31,269 nucleotides of DNA from IMG/VR virus record IMGVR_UViG_3300037195_000381, positions 1-31,269 of that record; one strand, written 5' to 3'. Origin of the DNA: a virus (Duplodnaviria; Caudoviricetes). The notes below the pieces were generated by a model. The model saw only the letters and a list, made by a program, of their open reading frames with translations, ran no database searches and had not been told where the DNA came from. Positions within the stretch are counted from its first letter, which is position 1. Every line of letters begins with the position of its first letter. Position numbers and translations under genes: made by a program. Positions 25,444-31,269 of this stretch are shown here, piece after piece.

Positions 25444-25692
25444 TCACATACCCCTCCGTACACAGTACTGTCGCCATACCTTGCAGGTACCCCGGCTCTC
25501 TACCACCAGTACCGCGTTGTCGGGACACCGGAGCGGTTCCGGCTTACACACGTTCCGCTTCACGGTTTTGGTGGTGAGGATTTCATCCACGGTTAGTGGT
25601 TCCTTACTGGCGCACCCAAACATAATGCCGATCACGGCGAGCAGGGCGAATATGGCAATGGTCTTTGCCCACTGAGGTACCTTACGGCGCAT
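25444..25692 (-). CDS. putative lipoprotein
   Basis: Start MRRKV at 25692 after GGGAG; hydrophobic signal ending 'MFGC'; Cys-rich. Confidence 0.62.
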   Translation of the reverse strand: MRRKVPQWAKTIAIFALLAVIGIMFGCASKEPLTVDEILTTKTVKRNVCKPEPLRCPDNAVLVVESRGTCKVWRQYCVRRGM

Positions 25693-26635
25693 TTGGCGGC
25701 TCCCATGTTTCACCGGGCTTCTGTAGCATGTACAGAAGGGTAGCGTTCTCGATGGCGGCTTCGACCGCACCGGACAGTTCGTGTCCGTCTACCTCGCACT
25801 CAAAGTGCTCCGGGTACTCCCTCATATTCTCTTTGTACGCCAGTACCACCTTCGTCCACATGATCCACTCGTCCTCGTACTCGGGTAGTATCTTCGCGGC
25901 TTTCACCTTACCTACCTTGTACAGCCCCGGTATGTTGTCCGAGTTATCGCCGGTCAGCATTTGCCGGTAGAAGTTCAGCGTAGCTTCCTCGTACGTAATG
26001 AATCGCGCTTCCTTGTGGTGGTAGTTGTAGAAGTGACCGGGTACGTTCTCCAAGTCCTTATCGATGGTACAGATGATCGTAGCGCCTTCCTTGGCTTCCC
26101 ACTGTAGAATGGACACAGCATCGTCAGCCTCCATACCGTCTACGACCTCCGCTCCCCACCTACGTTCGAGGTACTCCCGAATCTCTTTGTACCAGTACGG
26201 ACGGGTACTCCGATCTCGGTTGCCCTTGTACTTCCTGAGTGTGGCTAGTTCGTCGCGGAAGTTACCGGTACCTGTCAGGAACAGCCGGAACTCTCCGATC
26301 TCTTGCCCGGTATGGTACAGGTACTCCGCTACGTTCTTCTCGATATCTCGGAGGGTTTGCTTCACACGCCCGTAGACAATAGCCTCGTCGGACGTGGGTA
26401 TCGCTACAAGCTGGTGAGCTATCTCGGCAGGGTCTAGGTTCAGCAGGCGACAGTACTCGTCCCGCGCAGCCGCGTTGTAGAACTTGGCTACGTGCCGGGT
26501 GTCATAGTCGCGGTCATCCGGGTGCTCCGGGTCCACGTCTACCCACTCGGTATACCACACTCGGGTTTCGAGGGAGAACCCTACCCGATACACGAGCGGG
26601 TCTGCGTCAACGAGTACTGTTACCTGATCCGACAT
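25682..26635 (-). CDS. 5'-3' exonuclease (T7 gp6 / FEN-like)
   Basis: 'DAD', 'NFR...YKGNR', 'EADD', 'DKDL', 'GDNSDNIPG'. Confidence 0.92.
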   Translation of the reverse strand: MSDQVTVLVDADPLVYRVGFSLETRVWYTEWVDVDPEHPDDRDYDTRHVAKFYNAAARDEYCRLLNLDPAEIAHQLVAIPTSDEAIVYGRVKQTLRDIEKNVAEYLYHTGQEIGEFRLFLTGTGNFRDELATLRKYKGNRDRSTRPYWYKEIREYLERRWGAEVVDGMEADDAVSILQWEAKEGATIICTIDKDLENVPGHFYNYHHKEARFITYEEATLNFYRQMLTGDNSDNIPGLYKVGKVKAAKILPEYEDEWIMWTKVVLAYKENMREYPEHFECEVDGHELSGAVEAAIENATLLYMLQKPGETWEPPNAP

Positions 26636-27204
26636 TAGAAGTCCTCGTCACCGAAGTCCTCATCGGTACCGGTATCTTCCTCGTTCTCCGGGTCGAACTC
26701 GTCCGACTCGTCGGCTTCGTCGTTGTAGCGCTTCACCGCGCCCAACTCACCGATATCGGCGTAGAAACCGGCAGTGATACGGTCCAGAGTAGCCATGAGC
26801 AGCCCCTCTTTCTCCGCAGCCTTGCTGCCGAGCTTCAGGATACCTGCGTCCTGCATGAGCGTCAGTACCGCGATGGCGTCCTTACGAGAGGACTGGTACC
26901 GGATACCGTTCTCGCGCTCCGGGTCCGGCTTGAAGCCTCCGCCCCGCTTCTGGTAACCCCCACGGCTACCACCGCTGGCATTGGAGCCACCTTCGGCGGG
27001 GGGAGACAATTCCTTGACCTTGGTAATGACCACGTTCTTACCGCGCCGCTCCACCCTGATCTTGACCGTCGCCCCCTTGCGGATAGAGTCCGCAGTGCTC
27101 TGAGAAGCAGAGTACCACTCCCCATCTTCCAGCTTGATGCGGATGCTGTCATCGAATTTCGACGGCATCTTAACCGCTACAAGCCCCTCAAATATGTCTG
27201 ACAT
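26635..27204 (-). CDS. single-stranded DNA-binding protein (putative)
   Basis: OB-like N-terminus, Gly-rich linker, acidic tail ending in F; lies between polymerase and exonuclease. Confidence 0.72.
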   Translation of the reverse strand: MSDIFEGLVAVKMPSKFDDSIRIKLEDGEWYSASQSTADSIRKGATVKIRVERRGKNVVITKVKELSPPAEGGSNASGGSRGGYQKRGGGFKPDPERENGIRYQSSRKDAIAVLTLMQDAGILKLGSKAAEKEGLLMATLDRITAGFYADIGELGAVKRYNDEADESDEFDPENEEDTGTDEDFGDEDF

Positions 27205-27231
27205 AATTTGGTTCTCCGAGTTAGTGTTAAT

Positions 27232-27260
27232 AGGTTACCACGAATTAGGGTCGTTGTCAA
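27232..27260 (-). promoter_or_regulatory. sigma70-type promoter upstream of SSB
   Basis: On the - strand: TTGACA (27260-27255), 17 nt, TAACCT (27237-27232), with TG at the extended -10 position; RBS GGAG follows. Confidence 0.75.
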
Positions 27261-29215
27261 CCCTGCCCTTTGTACCAGAAGGTACCGTCGCGTTCGACGT
27301 TTAGCTCAACTTCCTGCGAGTCCTTACTTGCCCAACGGGTACCTATCGTGATACCCACGCCGAGCGGGACGTTGAATTCAATGTGATACAGCCCTTCCAA
27401 GTACTCGTACACGTCCAGCGTGAATGTCTGGGTAGATAGTTCTCGGAACATAGCACCACTCTCCGGGGGGAAGTGCGCGATAGCCGAGTCGTGTACCGTG
27501 TTGAAAAGTACTATAGATGGATCGTTAACCCGGCTCCTGTGCCATAGATGGGTCACGGCAATCGGGATGATCTCCCCGGTGGCGAAGTTCTGTACCGGGT
27601 AGTTGTAGATCGACGGGGTGTTGTCGATGTACCCGCTTCGAGGGTCTTGCTTGGTACCGGGGAAGTACCACTTCATACCCCACGGCATTGCGTACTCTCC
27701 ATTCGCCAGTACCGAGTACGTCCAGGTCTCCTGCGTTGCTGCCAACTCAGGGAACTGCTCACGGAACCACTTGTAGTACCGCTCCTGCTCCGGGGTACCT
27801 CGCCTACCTCCGTACAGGGGCTTGAAGGTTTCTTCCTTCGCGCCCTGACGGATTTCCTTCGTCACGTCCTCTTCCTCGATACCGTACAACTGGCAGGCGG
27901 TCTGGATGTGACGGTCAATGTCGTTGCGTATGTCAGATATGGCTCGGCTATCCTGCCCCAAGAAGGCGGCTACCCGGAATTCCAACTGGCTCCCGTCTAC
28001 CTCCCCTACCACAGTACCCTTGGGTCCGCAGACCATCGGCTTGTAGGCGCGGGGCATGTTCTGTAGCTGGATACCCTTCTCGGTACCGTCCTCGAACTCC
28101 ACACGTACCGAGCTACTACTCAGCCGGTGGGTCGCCGCGATGTGTTGGTTGAATTGTCCGTAGAACTTGCACTCCCGTTCTTCAACGATATGTCGCATAA
28201 ATTCCAGGGTTTTAGAGAGTTGCGCTGACAAGTGACCAATACGCGCACGTAGTTCCTTGAACTGTACCTGCGCCTCGGTAGTACACTCCAGCTTCTCCAG
28301 CGTCCCGTTGTCCACCTTCGGCGCGCCGTTCGGGAACGCCTTGCTTGGTTTGTTGCGTATCTTCTTACTCCGCTTTTGTAGTTCCTGAAACTTCAAGTCA
28401 CCATACACAAGGGTAGCCATGTCCCTCGTACTCCGGGGATTCATGTCGGGGTACTTCTGGTTCCACTCCCGTTCAGCAGCTTGGTACTCAGCTAGTACCC
28501 GGTCGTACTCCTGACGGACGGGTACCGGCGCAAGGTGGATACCCTGCGTTTCCATGTCCGCCAGTACCGGGGTGAAGATCATCCGGCAGGCAAGCGTGTC
28601 CACCTGTCCGTCCTTCTGTAGCTTACGTACCTGTCGCAAGAAGGTGCGGGTCGTGTCCTTCACGTCCTTAACTACCCGAGCCTTCACCAGTTCGGGGGGC
28701 ATTTCGGTAGTGTCGATACCCACCTTGAGCATAGTGTCAACGGTGTACGCCTTCGCGGTACAGCCGTACCGTTGGGCGGTCTCGTTCAGGTTCACCCGCA
28801 TCCACTGCCGGTTGGCGCGGATGATATGCTCACCGATCATGGTGTCGTACCCGATAAAGGTAGCCGGGTCGAGTCCCATGCGGATCAGCCACTTGTACTC
28901 GAACTTGATATTGTGTGCCACGAGGAAACCGCCAGCGCTGAGTACCGCCTCGATATCCGCCAGCAGGTCTGCTTGGTCTAGCTCGTTGCCCCGGTGGTAC
29001 TCTACCTTGTCCCGCCCCTGTACGTACCACGCCGCGCAGACAAGCTGGTTGCGGGGGTCGGTAGCGTCACCGAAGCTGAAGGTAGTTGTCTCAAAGTCGA
29101 GACAGAGCCACGGTACGTTCTGCGTAAGGAACGCAGAGGGTAGTAGCTTGGGTGCTTCCAGCCACCACGGTAGCGCCTCGTCGGGTAGTTCTATATCTAG
29201 TCTTTCTTTAGGCAT
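27257..29215 (-). CDS. polA: DNA polymerase family A with 3'-5' exonuclease domain
   Basis: ExoI 'DFET', 'HNIKFE', 'DTM'; 'THRLSSS', 'QLQNMPR'; motif A 'DGSQLEFR', motif B 'RQGAKEETFKPLYG', motif C 'VHDS'. Confidence 0.96.
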   Translation of the reverse strand: MPKERLDIELPDEALPWWLEAPKLLPSAFLTQNVPWLCLDFETTTFSFGDATDPRNQLVCAAWYVQGRDKVEYHRGNELDQADLLADIEAVLSAGGFLVAHNIKFEYKWLIRMGLDPATFIGYDTMIGEHIIRANRQWMRVNLNETAQRYGCTAKAYTVDTMLKVGIDTTEMPPELVKARVVKDVKDTTRTFLRQVRKLQKDGQVDTLACRMIFTPVLADMETQGIHLAPVPVRQEYDRVLAEYQAAEREWNQKYPDMNPRSTRDMATLVYGDLKFQELQKRSKKIRNKPSKAFPNGAPKVDNGTLEKLECTTEAQVQFKELRARIGHLSAQLSKTLEFMRHIVEERECKFYGQFNQHIAATHRLSSSSVRVEFEDGTEKGIQLQNMPRAYKPMVCGPKGTVVGEVDGSQLEFRVAAFLGQDSRAISDIRNDIDRHIQTACQLYGIEEEDVTKEIRQGAKEETFKPLYGGRRGTPEQERYYKWFREQFPELAATQETWTYSVLANGEYAMPWGMKWYFPGTKQDPRSGYIDNTPSIYNYPVQNFATGEIIPIAVTHLWHRSRVNDPSIVLFNTVHDSAIAHFPPESGAMFRELSTQTFTLDVYEYLEGLYHIEFNVPLGVGITIGTRWASKDSQEVELNVERDGTFWYKGQG

Positions 29216-30440
29216 CTTTGAACCTGCAACTTTCGCCGTTGAGTACTTGGTGAATCACGGGTAGTGTCTTCATCTTTTTCCTCTTGTTCTTGCAAATGGT
29301 GATCGCCACCATGTCCCGGTTGGTTAGGGCTTCGTTGGTACCGATACCGAGCATCACGTCGGCGCAGCCGGGTACCCCGGTCTTACTGCCGTACGAGTCT
29401 GCCATAGTCATCACCGCCTTGTCCGGTATGGTACCGTCCGTGGCCGGTGACCCTTCTAGCGCGGCTCCTACCAGTATCATCAGGGTACGTGTTCGCTTAC
29501 CCATTGCGCGAAGCTGTTGAGCCACTCGGTCAACCGCGCCCGTATTGTCCGACGCCGCTTCACGGCTCGGGGCGAGGTGCCGTACTTGGTTAACGGCACA
29601 TACATCAGGCTTAAAATGTTCGATTGCCCGAGCAACGTCTTTTGTGGTACCGGGTACCGGGTCCGGTATGATAAGATTATCACCGCCGTACTTCTTACAT
29701 CGCTTCTCGAATTCGTCTGGATTTGATTCTGCCCAATCAAGGCTGCAACCAGCAAGGCAGCAACCAACCCTTCTCTTAACATCATCCGGTAAATCCTCAT
29801 TCTCAATCAGCAGTACCTTCTTACCTGCCCGTAGCATACCCGCCACGTTGTACAGACACAGAGCGCTCTTACCAACGTTCACACGTCCGATAATCACTAC
29901 GCAGTGGCCCGGAAGTACCCCGCCCCGCAGCATCGTGTTGAGCCTACGTGGGTATAGTTGTATCGGGGTCTCCGGGTTTGCCGACTCGCGTACTACGTCG
30001 CCGTACGTCTTTTCCAGTACCCGGAACCCGCCCCCTAGGTCGGTGGCATCATTGAGTACTGTATATTTATCCAGTAGTGGGGATACTTCCTTGGCTGGCT
30101 TACCGGCGGCTATCGCCATAGCCAGTTCGTTACCAGCCCGGTGCCGCTTGATATCAAGTACCTCACGTACCACGTTAGCAGTTCCGCGCTCCGGGGTTAT
30201 CTCACGAAATAGATTCGCTATCGCATCAGAGTGCTTCGGCAGTGCCTTGAGCATCCGGCTCTTAATGGTGTCCCGGTCACAGGTAGTTGCCTTCGGGTCG
30301 ATGGTGTACCACTCGGCTACCTGCTCATACGCAGCCTGCGCTAGAGCGGAAAACTCCGAGGGGTCTACGTGGTCTACAATGGCGTCGTATGCACTCCTGT
30401 CATAGAGTACGGCGGCTAGTATCGCTGTCTCATCCGCCAC
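29208..30440 (-). CDS. DnaB-like (SF4) replicative helicase
   Basis: Walker A 'GRVNVGKS', 'NED', 'SKTGVPG.AD..LG', 'KNK'. Confidence 0.9.
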   Translation of the reverse strand: MADETAILAAVLYDRSAYDAIVDHVDPSEFSALAQAAYEQVAEWYTIDPKATTCDRDTIKSRMLKALPKHSDAIANLFREITPERGTANVVREVLDIKRHRAGNELAMAIAAGKPAKEVSPLLDKYTVLNDATDLGGGFRVLEKTYGDVVRESANPETPIQLYPRRLNTMLRGGVLPGHCVVIIGRVNVGKSALCLYNVAGMLRAGKKVLLIENEDLPDDVKRRVGCCLAGCSLDWAESNPDEFEKRCKKYGGDNLIIPDPVPGTTKDVARAIEHFKPDVCAVNQVRHLAPSREAASDNTGAVDRVAQQLRAMGKRTRTLMILVGAALEGSPATDGTIPDKAVMTMADSYGSKTGVPGCADVMLGIGTNEALTNRDMVAITICKNKRKKMKTLPVIHQVLNGESCRFKDA

Positions 30441-31233
30441 GGGTTACCTCGCAGAGCATATCGAAATTCTCGTTATCCATATCCTTTACGTCCTCGTGGA
30501 ACATCGGGATCGCGATGCCGCCAATGCTGTTTGCCAGATTTGCTGCAGCCGCCTGCGCGTCGTTGTCTAGGATAACACAGATTCTTGTCGGTGTCAACTC
30601 CCGTACCTCGTCCAGCGCCCGTTGCGGTAGGGAGGTACCGAGTAGTGCTACCGTTGGGAAGTACTGCGCTAGTCTCGCGGCGGACGGTTGGTCCTCCACG
30701 ATACATACCGGTACGTCTTCCCTGTGGAATTTCGGGAAGTACCACGAGACCATAGGTACCTCGCCGCTGCTCATGTATGGTCGCAGTAGTGTCTTGGGTC
30801 CGTCCTTCTGGACTGACGCCCGTTCCACGTACCCGCGCTCCCTGCCATACATATCGTAGACGGGGAACACCCAAGAGTGCATCACCCGCCCGGTACACAG
30901 GATACCCACGAAGTCCTCGTGTAGGGAGTACCGCCGCCCGAGTAGTCTTGATGCGCTATCGGTTAGCCCAGCATAGTCCTTCCGCTCCCGGTACGGGTCG
31001 TACGTGGTACGCGCAGCACTAGGTTTTTCTGCTGCGGCGGGGGTACCTACCCGGTCGGTGGTACCGAACGTGGCGCAACCGGCGGACAGGCATTTGTACC
31101 AGTGTCCCCCCTCATCGGCGGGGCCGATCATCAGCTTGTTGTGCTTGCCGCACGTCGGGCAGGCTGTGTACAGTAGCCCGTCCTGCTGGTGTTGCTCCAC
31201 GAATAGTCGTACCTGAGTACGTGCGTCACTCAT
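30430..31233 (-). CDS. DNA primase (Zn finger + TOPRIM)
   Basis: CPTC...CLSAGC zinc finger; TOPRIM 'IVED..SA', 'LLGT', 'LDND', 'DVKD'. Confidence 0.88.
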   Translation of the reverse strand: MSDARTQVRLFVEQHQQDGLLYTACPTCGKHNKLMIGPADEGGHWYKCLSAGCATFGTTDRVGTPAAAEKPSAARTTYDPYRERKDYAGLTDSASRLLGRRYSLHEDFVGILCTGRVMHSWVFPVYDMYGRERGYVERASVQKDGPKTLLRPYMSSGEVPMVSWYFPKFHREDVPVCIVEDQPSAARLAQYFPTVALLGTSLPQRALDEVRELTPTRICVILDNDAQAAAANLANSIGGIAIPMFHEDVKDMDNENFDMLCEVTRGG

Positions 31234-31269
31234 TCATAACTCCACGGCAGGTCATCACAGGCCTCTAGT

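Noticed and set aside
25277-25447. Small basic ORF (MSERTTKRANG...) on the - strand
   Set aside because: It has a plausible coupled GTG start but overlaps the next gene by about 80 nt and has no motif; too uncertain to list.
24031-29215. Z-base (2-aminoadenine) genome
   Set aside because: No PurZ or HD-type dATPase is visible; a diphosphohydrolase-like gene and MazG alone are insufficient. It cannot be excluded outside the window.
1-31269. Stop-codon reassignment
   Set aside because: Conserved genes are intact under the standard code, and TAA, TAG and TGA all end genes at coupled junctions.
1-31269. tRNA, rRNA, integrase, transposase or phage RNA polymerase
   Set aside because: None recognised; intergenic gaps are short and show no cloverleaf.

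Overview
The window is a ~31 kb piece of a tailed dsDNA phage genome with podovirus-like gene content and roughly 58-60% GC by eye. Two arms converge on a bidirectional terminator at about 20.08-20.17 kb. The + arm (1-19.9 kb) carries a 5'-truncated portal, a Zn-ribbon protein, scaffold, major capsid, a long fibre protein, adaptor, nozzle with a ~220-aa insertion, a C1q-tipped fibre, a LamG/ConA-like protein, a GNAT, a cupin, three probable ejection proteins, a HEXXH protein, M23 endolysin, holin, sulfotransferase and an Fn3 protein. The - arm carries primase, DnaB-like helicase, family A DNA polymerase, SSB, 5'-3' exonuclease, T7 endonuclease I-like resolvase, a dATP/dGTP diphosphohydrolase-like protein, metallophosphoesterase, a KpsS-like glycosyltransferase and MazG. 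The strongest unexplained signal is over-representation of the palindrome GTAC (hand counts about 6-7x expectation in the replication arm, 2-3x in conserved structural genes) with near absence of GGCC where checked. Other oddities lie at the arm junction: a 46-bp direct repeat around the Fn3 gene, a candidate -1 frameshift that would add a membrane anchor, and duplicated zinc-knuckle relics. All functional calls come from motif recognition by eye; no database searches were run.
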